Both the position numbers and the translations under genes were made by a program. A stretch of 64,000 bases of DNA from Mobula hypostoma (Eukaryota): positions 101,992,001-102,056,000 of the forward strand of contig NC_086107.1 of the NCBI RefSeq assembly GCF_963921235.1, read 5' to 3'. The stretch's first letter is position 1; each line of letters opens with the position of its first letter. Positions 27,176 through 39,273 of this stretch are shown here, piece after piece. The notes below the pieces were generated by a model. The model was not told the DNA's origin, searched no databases, and saw nothing but the letters and a program-made list of their open reading frames with translations.

Positions 27176-30100
27176 TACATTTCTTTTTGTTCACATTGGC
27201 ACTGCAGTTTCAGCCTGCTTTATGTGCACTTGTCTCCTCAACACACAGGGCTGACATTTTGTGGTCAAGATAGAGATCCGGAAACCACCCAGGCAGAAGG
27301 TTCCTGTGGAGAAATGAGTTAAGTCTTATTCCACTGCCTGGTCGGCAGCTTCCCAGATTCTAAAAGATTTGTCATTCAAGTGTAATGGTTTGACACTGAC
27401 TACATGGGCCAAAGGGCCTCTTTCTATACTGTATTTTTCTATGACTCTAATACTTGAGATCATTACATCAGTCTCCTTGAGATGGAAATTAAGATATATG
27501 TATGGAGTGCTTTTCCCCTAACTTTTACTGGAAAATGATCAATGTATTCTGGTAGATCAAAACCATTAATGTTAGGAACTTCCTAACAATGGTTCATTGC
27601 AATAATTATTAGCGAATTCCAAGCACCGAGTTTCATCATAACTTGAACAGTACAACTCAGCAAGAAAGATTTTAGTCCTATCAAACCTGTCACCTTCTTA
27701 GGACTTTCTGATTAGTGCTGTTGTCTGCACCACACATTTTTATATTTTCAAATGTTTATTCAATTTCTTTTTGTTACTGAATCTGTTAACGTCAGCTTTA
27801 CAGTGAGTGGAGTACAGGCCACAATGTGATCTTCTTCATCATCATCATTATGATCTTCTGGTTCTCTCATCAATTATCTCAATAAAGGCCAGAGGGATGT
27901 ACCATCAGCAAACTAAAAACTTTGGCAATCTATCCACCAAAGATCAGGCAACTCAATGCAATTTGTGATTTTGTATTCCTTTGTCGTTTAAATATTGTAT
28001 TTCTGTAGGTTTGTGAATATCACTGTGGCCTCATTAGTGAATATATCTGAACACTGATTTGGGTCAACAAAAACAGCTGACTATAAATCTTTTACTTTAG
28101 TAAAATGTCTCAAGGAACTTCCTGAAGTATGCTATAAAATAAATTAGTCTCGTAGGCCAATATTAGGACCAATGCTAGAGACTTACTCAAATTGTGGTTA
28201 TAAAACATCATCCAAGATTACCTAATTTGGTTCTACAGAATGTATCACAAATTATGTTAATGTCTTCATTATCCTTTTCACAACAGTATCAACCCAGTCA
28301 CAGGCTCTGTGGTAGACAAGAGTGGCTCAGAGACAGTTCCTGAGTTTTCTTACCGCTGGACACCTCTAGAGACAGCTGAGCCAGTCGTTGGTCGTTGATT
28401 TTATTTATTTCTTCACAGAAGATACCATCACTGCCAATGGCATCACTGTTCTTTAATAATTGCCATTGAACTGAGAGAGCAGTGCAAAATTAACAGCGTT
28501 GGAAAATTTGGACTCACGCCTGGGCCAGATCTGGTAAGGTCAGCAGATTTCCTTCCCTGAAGAACATTAATCAACTAGGTAGGTTCTGCTGGCATTATTG
28601 GACCATTACTGGGACTAACTTTAATTCCAGACTTAATTATTTTAATTTACCACCCCCCCCCAGCTACTGAAATGGGGTTTGAACTCATATCTCCAAATCA
28701 ATGACCCAGAAATCTGACTACTAGTCCAGTAATTTAACACTGCCATAATGTATGGAGATGTTGCACTGTTGCTGGGCTGTGTATGGATAAATAATCATTA
28801 TGCAATGATATGTGGGCATGAATCTCAGCCTTCCAATAAAATTACATCAACTCCATTTTCCCATCATATCCCCATATCCCTTGATTCCTGTATTGTACAA
28901 AATTCCTTATTTTTCAAAAGGCCTTAGGAGAACCTATTTGGTTTTTATAACACCGCAAAAGCTGCAGATGCTAAAAATCTAAAATAAAAGCAGTTTCTTT
29001 GGAGGGAGAGTAATAGAGTTAATGAATAAACTCTTCTCGGGTTTCCAGCTGGTATAGGTATCGATTATGATAAGCAGTTTGATGACAAACTCTGCCATCC
29101 TTTTTTTTTAATTAGAGTTAATGTTTCACGTTGATGAACCTCATCAGGATTGAGCAAAATTAGAATTCCAACATATTTTGAGTTGCAGAGAAGGAGGGCA
29201 ATGGAGTGAACAAGGGGGTGTCTGTGATTGGGGAGAGGCCAACATTGAATGTCACTGGTGTTAGCAGTGCTGACTGAGAGAGTGGTGAAGTTTGGTAATT
29301 ACACCTGATCTGCCTGGGAGGCTGTAAACAGAAGGAGAATAACATGATGGGAGATGCAACAGTCTGCAGATGCTGGAAATCTGAAATAAAACAGAATGCT
29401 GGGAATAGTCAAGTCTGCAAGCATCTTTCCAAAAAGAAATAAAAAGTTACTTTTACAGGTTAATGATCTGAACTGACTATCATTCTAATTGACTGGCTAT
29501 CTGAATTCAAGAACTACTGAGTTCTGTAAGGAACATACCAAAGCAGGAAATGAGATGCTTGCACTTGAACTTTTCCACTGCATTGTTGGTAAATGCAAGG
29601 GACCATTTACAAGGAGAATTAGGTGGCAGACAATTCAAAGTCAGAACCTTTATAACAATGCAGTGGCCAATGTGAATAATACAGTCACTAACATTTTCCA
29701 GAGTCCTTAATAAACAAATACAAATTCACAAAGTCAAATTGGAAGATTGAGCTCTTATCTTAAAATTATTAGCCCTGGTTGTTCTTGAAAAAGTAACCTA
29801 TACTACTGAATCCCTTCTCATGGGACAATCCTCTATCCAAGAAAAGTCTATTGATTCTTTGTCTAATTCCTTTAAAGCAAGTATTTCCTTGCTTGAGTAA
29901 GGACTGCAAAGCTGTACTCACCAAGACCTGATATAATTTCATTCTTCCAATGTAGAAAGAAACACAATGACCTCATCAGGATTCAGTTGAGCAATACACA
30001 AAAGTGCTAGAGAAATGCAGCAAGGTAGACTGTGTCTAATCAAAGGTTTCAGCCTGTAACATAAACTTTTCATTTCCCTCCGTAGATAGTAAAGATGCGA

Positions 30101-30675
30101 TTATCATTGTTTGCCACACTTACATTGAAACATATAGTGAAGTATATTGTTTGTGTCAAAGACCAACACAATCCAAGGATGTGCTGGGGACAGCTCGCAA
30201 AAGTCACCATGCTTTTAGCAGTATCACAGCATCCCCACAACTTACTAACCCGTTTATCTTTGGAATATGGGAGAAAACCCACACGGGCAGTTTACCATCA
30301 AATTAAATGTATTGCACAAAAACAGACCAATAATTGGTGGAATGGCCATGGTGGCACCCTTGGTAGAGCCACAGCTTCAGTGTCCCAGTTTCAATCCTAG
30401 CTTCTATTGCTGTCTGTGTGGAGTTTGCACCTTCTCCCTGTGCACATAATGTTATGTAAGGGGTCACTGCGCAATCACTGGTCTAGAGCAACAAACAAGA
30501 TGCTGGAGGAACTCAAAGGGTAGGGCAGCATCTGTGAAGGGAAATGGACAATGGATGTTTGGGTCAAGTCTCTTCATCTGGACTGAATCCCAGCAGGACA
30601 AAGATGGAGGTAAGAGAAGAACTGCACTACTGATTAGAGAGAACATGACCTGAGTATTTAGAATATCCTGTGGGG

Positions 30676-33130
30676 AATCAGAATCAGGTTTAATATCACC
30701 AGCTTATGTCATGAAATTTGTTAAATTTGCAGCAGCAGTACAATGCAATACATGATAGTTTTTTAAAAATTACAGTAAATATATATGTAATTAAGTAGAG
30801 CAAAAACTGAAATATAAAGAGTAGTGTTCATGGTTCAATGTCCATTCAGAAATCAGATGACAGCAGGGAAGAAGCTATTCCTTAATCATTGAGTATGTGC
30901 CTTCAGGCTTTTGTACCTCCTTCCTGATGGTAACAATGAGAAGAGGGCATGGCCCAGATGGTGGAGGTCCTCAATGATGGGTGCCGCCTTTCTGAGGCAC
31001 TGCTCCATAAAGATGTCTTGGATACCACAGAGGCTAATGTCCTAATTTTGTAATACTGCAGCTTATTTCTATCCTGCCACACCCCCCGCCCCCACCGCCA
31101 CACACACACACATACCAGCCGGTGATGCAGCCAGTTAAAATGCTTTCCATAGTACACCTGTAGAAATTTGTGAGAGTCTTAGGTGACATACCAATCTCCT
31201 CAAACTCAGAATGAAATATAGCCGCTGTCTTGCCTCCTTTATAGCTGCATCAATATGTTGGGACCAGGTTAGGTCCTCAAAGATATTAACAACTTGAAAT
31301 TGCTCACTCTCTCCACTTCTAATTCCTTTATGAGGACTGGTGTGTGTTTCCTCATCTTACCCTTTCTGAAGTCCACAATCAGTTCTCTGGTGTTACTGAT
31401 GTTGAGTGCTAGGTTGTTGCTGCAACACCACTCAACTTGCTGCTGTATCTTGCCCCCGTATGCCGTCTCGTCACCATCTGAGATTCTGCCAACAATTATT
31501 GTATCATCAGCAAATTTAGAGATGGCATTTGAGTTGTGCCTAGTTACACAGTCATAGGTGTGGAAAGAGTAGAGCCGTGGGCTAAGGTAAGCTGAGGTGC
31601 ACCAGTGTTGATTGTCAGTGAGATGGTGATGTTATTTCTAATCCACACAGATTGTAGTCTTCTGGTTAGGAAGTCGAGGATCCTGTTGCAGAGGGAGGTA
31701 CAAAGGCCCAGGTTCTGTAGCTTTTTGATCAGGACTGTAGGAATGATGGTGTTAAGCACTGAGCTGTAGTCAATAAAAATCATCCTGAGACAGGTATTTG
31801 TATTGTCCAGGTGATCCAAAGCTGCGTAGAGAGCCAATGAGATTGTGTCTGCATAAGATCTATTGTGACAATAGGCAAATTGCAGTGGGTCCAGATTCTT
31901 GCTGAGGCAGGAGTTGATTCTAGCCATGACCAACCTCTCAAAGCACTTCATCACCATAGATGTGAGTACTACTGGATGATAGCTGTTAAAGCAGTGCACA
32001 CTGCTCTTCTTGGGCACTCGTAAAATTGTTGCCCTTTTGAAGCAGGTGGGAACTTCTGACTGTAGCATTGAGAGATTGAAAGTGTCTTTGGACGCCCCAC
32101 CAGTTTGTTGGCACAAGTTTTCAGAGCCTTACCAGGGCCTGCCACCTTCCAAGGATTCGGCATCCTGAAAGACAGCCTGACGATGGCCTCCAAGACAGAG
32201 CACAGGGTCACCAGGTGCTGCAGGAATTCTCATAGCTGTAGTTTTATTCTCCCTTTCAAAGTGAGCATAAAAGGCATTGAACTCATCTGGGAATGAAGCA
32301 TCACTGCCATTCATGATGTTGAGTTTTGCTTTGTGGGAAGTAATGGCCTGCAAACCCTACCAGAGTTGACATGCATCCATTGTCGCCTCTAACTTCATTT
32401 GGAATTGTTCCTTAGCTCTTGAAATAGCCCTGGTTTTCTCATACAGGTGTGGGTCACCAGACTTGAATGCTACAGATCTAGCCCTCAGCAGACTACAAAC
32501 CTTCTGGTTCATCCATGGCTTTCGATTTGGGTATTTACAGTAGGTTCTTGTAGGGCCACGTTCATCCACACAGGCTTTAATAAAGTCAGTGATGGCATAC
32601 TCATTCAGACTCAAAGATGAATCCATAAATACAGTCCAAGCCACCAATTCAAAGCAGTCTTGTAAGCACTCCTGTGCTTCCGTGGTCCATACCTTTTTGG
32701 TCCTCACTACCTGGTGCTATAGTCTTCAGTCTCTGCCTATCCTCAGGGTGTAGAAGTACAGCCAGGTGATCAGACTTTCTAACGTATGGGTGTGGGGTAG
32801 CACAATGAGCACACTTGATGGTGGTGTAACAGTGGTCCAGTGTGTTGGCTCCTCTGGTACTACAAGTGGTTTGTTGGTAATAATTATTGAGACTTTTTCA
32901 AGTTGGCCTTGTTGAAATACCCCAAAATGATGGGGTAGGCATCAAGATGTGCTGTTTCATATCTATTGATCGCACCACACAATTCGTCCCAAGCCTGCTT
33001 GACATTGGCCTGTGGTGGGATGTACACCACTACCAAAATGATCACTGAAATCTCCCAGGGCAGGTAAACTGGTGGGTACTTTATCACGAGGTGTTCCAGT
33101 CCTGGGATAGCACCACTACATTTGAACAGC
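30676..33130 (-). mobile_element. Rex1/Babar-type LINE, degenerate (endonuclease and RT)
   Basis: Frameshifted ORF2 pieces: VVVYIPPQAN, KPWMN, PVVLTSMVMKCFERLV, LDPLQFAY, FIDYSS; (ATTCTG)n-type 3' tail at 30676. Confidence 0.9.
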
Positions 33131-33189
33131 ACTAGGAGTTGATATGAAGCATACTCCACCACCCTAGGCTTTAAAATTTTCTGCAAGGC

Positions 33190-35535
33190 CATAAGAGAAT
33201 TTAGAAATAAAAAAGGTGATCACTTTGATGGGACTAGACTAGAGAAGTCAGCAGGAATTGGAGGAGCGAATATGCAGGGAAATCACAATTAGGAATGATT
33301 AATATTGTTAAATAATATTGTTAATTAATAATAAAGTTACATTTAGTATTGTGACGTATTAATTATGACAATATGTGTTTCAATACACATCACAAATGTG
33401 TGTTGGCGTAACAGAAAAGTTTTCTCAACAATATGCAGATGGCATATTAGAGCAGGGCTGCATTCAGTCTCCTCTTTGGGAATGAGGCTGGGCAAGTGGT
33501 TGAAGTGTCAGTACTTTGGTCCCAGTAATCACATTGTAATGACCATAATTGTTTCAAGGTAGTAATGGACAAAGGTAAGGCTGGTATTAAGTTAAATTAG
33601 GTGAAAGCTAGTTTTGATTACATGAGATGGGAACTCACAAAAGCTGACTGGGAAAGGCTATTTGCAGGTAAAAGGATGTATAAAAAGTGGAAAATTTTTA
33701 AAAGTGAGATAGGGAGAGTTTAGAGGCAGCAGGTTACTATTAGAGTGAGGGGCCAGACTGGCAACGTTAGGAAACCTATATTGACAAGAGATATCAAAAT
33801 AGAGTTTATTGTCATCTGCAGAAGTACATGTTTGCACAGGTACAATGAAAAACTTACTTGTAGCAGTGTCACAGGCATGCAGCTTATAAGCAGCAGATAC
33901 AAGAAAAACATGAATTAAGCATATATTCTACACACTTTTTGCAAGAAAACATAATTAGAACAAAAAAAAACAAATCAATTTTAGTGCAAAGTGATCACAA
34001 TTTTGTTAAACTGTGATGATTAGTTATGGATCTTTGATTATAAATGCTACCTACTGCAGATACTACCAGTGGTGGGGAGGGAAGTACCAGAGGACTGGAA
34101 GGTTGCAAACTTTGTTTCTTTGTTCAAGAAAGGAAGTAGAGATAACCCAGGAAATTATAGACCAGTGAGTCTTACTTTAGTGGTGGGCAAGTTGTTGGAG
34201 AAGATCCTGAGAGGCAGGATTTATGAGCATTTGGAGAGACATAATCTGATTAGGAATAGTCAGCATGAATTTGTCAAGGGCAGGTCATGCCTTATGAACC
34301 GGATTGAATTCTTTAAGGATGTAACAAAACACATTGATGAAGGTGGAGCAGTGGATGTAGTGTATATGGATTTCAGTAAGGCATTTGTTGAGGTTCCCCA
34401 TGCAAGGCTCATTCAGAAAGTAATGAGGCATGGGATTCAAGGAGACCTTGCTTTGTGGATCCAAAATTGGCTTGACCACAGGAGGCAAAGAGTAGTTGTG
34501 GATGGTTCGCATTCTGTATGGAGGACGCTGACCAATGGTGTTCCACAGGGATCTATTCTGGGACCCCTCCTCTTTGTGATTTTTATAAATGACCTAGATG
34601 AGGAAGTAGAAAGGTGGGTTAGTAAGTTTACTGATGATACAAAAGTTGGGGGTGTTGTGGATAGTCTGGAGGGTTGCCAGAGGTTACAGTGGGACATCGA
34701 TAGGATGCAGAACTGGGCTGAGAAGTGGCAGATGGAGTTCAACCCAGAGAAGTAAAGTGGTTCATTCCAGAAAGGTCAAATTTGAAGACGGAATATAATA
34801 TTAATGGTAAGACTCTTGACAGTGTGGTGGATCAGCGAGATCTTGGGTCCATGTCCATAGGACACTCAAAGCTGCTGCACAGGTTGACTGTTGTTAAGAA
34901 GGCATATGGTGTGTTGGCCTTCATCAACAGTGGGATTGAGTTCAAGACCCATGAAGTAATGTTACAGCTATATAAGACCTTGGTTAGACTCCACCTGGAG
35001 TACTGTGTTCAGTTCTGGTCACCTCATTACAGGAAGGGTGTGGATACTATAGAGACAGCGCAGAGGAGACTTACAAGGATGTTGCCTGGATTGGAGAGCA
35101 TGCCTTATGAGGATAAGTTGAATGATCTTGGCCTTTTCTTCTTGGAACGACGGAGGATGAGAGGTGACCTGATAGAACTGTTTAAGACTATGAGAGTCAT
35201 TAATCATGTGGATAGCCAGAGGCTTTTCCCCAGGGCTGAAATGGCTAGCATGAGGGGGCATAGTTTTAAAGTGCTTGGAAGTAGGTATAAGGGGAATGTC
35301 AGAGGTATTTCATACAGAGAGTGGTAGGTGCATAGAATGCACTGCTAGTGAAGGTGGTAGAGGTGGATACAATAGGGTCTTTTAAGAGACTCTTAGCTAG
35401 GTACATGGAGCTTAGAAAAATAGAGGGCTATGTGGTAGGGAAATTCTAGGCAGCTTCTAAAGTAGGTTACATGGTCAGCACAACATTGTGGGCCGAAAGG
35501 CCTGTAACGTGCTGTAGATTTTCTATGTTCTATAT
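33190..35535 (+). mobile_element. CR1 LINE, degenerate ORF2
   Basis: 34069-34755 (PEDWKVAN...PGNYRPVSLT...DVVYMDFSKAF...GVPQGSILGP...KFTDD) and 34725-35327; TTCTATGTTCTA tail; a Rex-type tail is inserted at ~33790-34020. Confidence 0.92.
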
Positions 35536-36896
35536 CTGGGCAGAGTCCACTACTTCCTGCAGCTTCTCACATCCCCCACGCATTCGGATTGACTTACTAG
35601 ACTATAATGCAACTAGTCAGGATACATCTGTAGAAGTTTGTTACTATTCAATGACAAACTTCTTTAACTTCTTAAACAAGTGAGTACACTGGATCACTTT
35701 CCTTTGGATTCCATCCATATGCTGGGACTATGACAGGTTAATGTCCTGGAATTTAAAGCTGCTGACTCTCTCTACCACCAGTCCCCCAATGTAGACTGAT
35801 GAATGTTCACCCTTCTTCCTCTTCTTGAAGTCAACATACAGCCCCTTAGTTTTTCTTGATGTTTTTTGTAGCAGCACCCAACCAGGGTGACCCATGTCAC
35901 TCCAGTAAACTAACTCATTGTCACCTGTGATTTGTCCAACAACACAAGTGTCATCAGCATATATAATGAGCAGAAGAGTAGTTTTCAAAAAGTAACCCCC
36001 CCCCCCCCGCATGGATCAGTGTGTAATCTATGCGTGGAGCCTGCAGGAAAAAGGTGAGGTCTTAACTGAATACTAGTTTGTATTTACCATGGAGATAGTA
36101 AGTTGAGGGAGGGAATAGTGATATCCTAGAGCTTGTCAACATTATGAAGAAGAAGGTGTTAGGGGACATGAAATACTGGAAGATGAATAAATCCCTGTGC
36201 TCAAACCAAAAGCATCCTAGGGTGCTAAGTGAAGCAAAGAGGACATTTCTGAGGCCCTCTTAGAATTTTTTGCATCTTTATAAACCATAGGTGAGCTACT
36301 AGAAGATTAGAGGATAGCTGATATTGTGCCTTTAAATTAAGAAAGGCAGCAGGGATAAGTCAAGGAACTGTGGGTTGGTGAACCTTATAATAGTAGTATG
36401 AAAGTTATTATAAGGGGTTCTGAGAGCATCACTCCCTGATGAGCTTTTATGAGAGGACGAATAGTGACACACCTGCATTGACAGCACCCACCGACCAATG
36501 ATACCAGTCTTGGAGATGGACACACCTCAGAGCTATGTGCTTAGCTCTCTGCTCTATTGTCTCTATCTCTACAACTATGTGGCAAAGCATAGCTCCAAAG
36601 CCATCTACAAATTTGCCAACGACACCACTGTTGTTCGCGGAGTGAGGGAATAGTAACAAGGAGGCTGGTTGTGTGCTGTCATTGTCAGCAAAGCCCAAGG
36701 GACTGATTGTCAACTTTAGTAAGGGGCAGTCAGATGAGCATGTACCAGTCCTCAATGAAGGGTCTGCTGTGGAAAGCATGAGCAGCTTCAAGTTCCTGGG
36801 AGTCAGCATCTTGAGGGGGCAGGGGAGTGGGGGAGCTATCCTGGGCCCAGAACATAGAGTGTGACCATGAAGAAAGGTACATCAGCATATCTATTT

Positions 36897-37549
36897 AGAT
36901 TATGAGAACACTCTGTCCTCTTTTATTGTCATTTAGAAATGCATACATGCATTAAGAAATGATACAATGTTTTCTCTGGAGTGATATCACAGAAAACAAG
37001 ACAGACCAAAGACTAACACTGACAAAACCACGTAATTATAACATGTAGTTACAGCAGTGCAAAGCAATACCATAATTTGATAAAGAACAGACCATAGGCA
37101 CAGTAAAAAAAAGTTCTCAAAGTCCCGAGTCGATTGACTCCCGAGTCCCCGATAGCAGGCGGCAAAAGGGAGAAACTCCCTGCCATAAACCTTCCAGGCA
37201 CCGTCAACTTGCCAATACCTTGGAAGCAGCCGACCCTGAGTCCATCCGTCCGAAAACTCCAAGCTTCCGAGCAGCCTCTCCGATGCAGCCTCCCGGGAGC
37301 CTTCAACCTCTCCCCAGCCGCTGAAACACGCAAAGCCGAGGATTTTGGGGCCTTCAGCTCCGGAGATTCTGGTTACCACACAGTAGCCGTGGTAGCAAAG
37401 CAGTCATCTCAGAAGTTTTCCCGATGTTCCGCTGTGCTCTCATGTCTGTCTCCATCAAATCAGGATTGTGCACGGTCCCCCTACTTGGCAAATAACAGAT
37501 ATTCATCACCGGAGTGGCCGCGCGCACTGCCGTCACGCCATCTTCTCCC
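36897..37549 (-). mobile_element. Non-autonomous retroelement family A, copy 2, inside a Rex1 remnant
   Basis: Minus strand starts near AAGATGGCG and ends AATAAA...ATCTAAA; candidate TSD CTATTT at 36891-36896 and 37550-37555. Confidence 0.8.
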
Positions 37550-38388
37550 CTATTTCTTAGAAGTTTAAGGAGGTTTAGCATGTCTGATATAAGTGTAAGT
37601 GGATAGCATTCTGATTGGTCTGGTATAAAAACTCCACGGGAACACAAGGGACTACAGAGAGTGGTGCACTTACTAATTCCATCACAGGTATAGCAATCCC
37701 CACCATCGAGGAAATCCACAAGAGGCAATATTTCGGGAAGGCAACATCCAACATAAAAGGCACCCACCATCTGGGCTATGCCATCTCCTTGAGCTGCCAT
37801 CAGGCAGGAGGTACCTACAAGAGCCTGAAGACCCACACCACAAACTTCAACTCAGCTTCTTACCCACTGCCGTCAGGTTCTTGAACTGACCTGAAAAACC
37901 CTAATACTACCTCAGAATATATCTTTATCTCCTTCAACTTGCTCTAGTTTCACTATGTTAATTTTGTTACTTTATTTTTGTGCATGTATGTATAATTCAT
38001 GTTAATTTTTTAATGTTAACTTATGTTTGTAATGTACTGTGCTGCTGCTGAAAGCTAATTTTCATGGTATTTATACCCCGCAAATGTACAGAATGCAGGT
38101 GACAAGAATAAACTTGAACCTGAGAAAGGATTTAATTGCATTTGAAAAGGCAAGGATGATAGATGTTCACCAAGTGGAATTTACCTAGACTTTTGTTGGT
38201 CTTATATGGTACACTGCTCTTGAACTTCAGAACTCATTGGATCCAGGGTGAGCTAGCCAACTGCATACAAAATTGGCTTGGTGGTAGGATGTGGATGGAC
38301 ATTTTGGAGGTTGTCTTTCAGATTGGAGGCTTGTGACCAATTATGTGCCTTAGGAGTTAAAGTTGGGTCCACTATTGTTTGTTGTATA

Positions 38389-38919
38389 CACTGAGCGGCC
38401 ACTTTATTAGGTACACCTGCACACATCATTAATGCAAATATCTAATCAACCAATCATGTGGGAGCATCTGAATGCATAAAATCATGCAGATGTGGTCTAG
38501 AAGTTCAGTTGTTGTTCAAACCAAACATCAGAACGGGGAAGAAATGTGATCTAAATAACTTTGACCATGGATTGATAGTTGGTGCCAGACGGGTGTTTTA
38601 AGTATCTCAGAAACTGCTGATCTCTAGTGATTTTCAAAACACAACAGTCTCTGGAGTTTACAGAGAAATTGTGTGAAAAACAAAAAAGAAACATCCAGTG
38701 AGCAGAAGTTCTGTGGACAAAAATGCCTTGTGAATGGGAGAGATCAGAAGAGAATGGCCAGACTGGTTCAAATTGACAGGAAGGTGATGTGTTACAACAG
38801 CGGTGTGCAGAAGAGCAGCTCTGAACACACAATACATTGAACCTTGCAGTGGACAGGCTACAGCAGCAGAAAATGACACTGGGTTCCACTCCTGTACCTA
38901 AGGAAGTGGCCACTGAGTG
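38389..38919. mobile_element. Tc1-like non-autonomous DNA transposon inserted in a CR1 remnant
   Basis: TIRs CACTGAGCGGCCACTTTATTAGGTACA / TGTACCTAAGGAAGTGGCCACTGAGTG; TA on the left, CA on the right. Confidence 0.8.
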
Positions 38920-39099
38920 CATCTTAATGATTTGGGTGAGAATGGATATGGTAGGATTAGTAAGTCCACAGATAAAATCGAGGTTTGGTAGTATAGATGG
39001 AGAGTGAAGATGGATTATGGATCAATGGGGGAAAGAGGACAAAGAATGATAGATGGAATTTAACTCAGACGAGTGCAAACTGACGTTAAAGCAGGACAG

Positions 39100-39273
39100 T
39101 AACACTCATCAAAGTTGCTGGTGAACGCAGCAGGCCAGGCAGCATCTCTAGGAAGAGGTACAGTCGACGGTTCGGGCCAAGATCCTGGGTCTCGGCCCGA
39201 AACGTCGAATATACCTCTTCCTAGAGATGCTGCCTGGCCTGCTGCGTTCACCAGCAACTTTGATGTGTGTTGC
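39100..39273. mobile_element. Palindromic Penelope-derived mini-element
   Basis: Near-perfect ~170-bp palindrome; 14-bp duplication TTAAAG(C/T)AGGACAG at 39086-39099 and 39274-39287. Confidence 0.8.

Noticed and set aside
34069..35327. Long RT ORFs as an active retrotransposon
   Set aside because: Frameshifted, altered catalytic-region residues, and the upstream part is fragmented by insertions
36987..37568. Overlapping 94-144 aa ORFs in family A copies
   Set aside because: Frames are not preserved among the three copies; GC-rich repeat sequence
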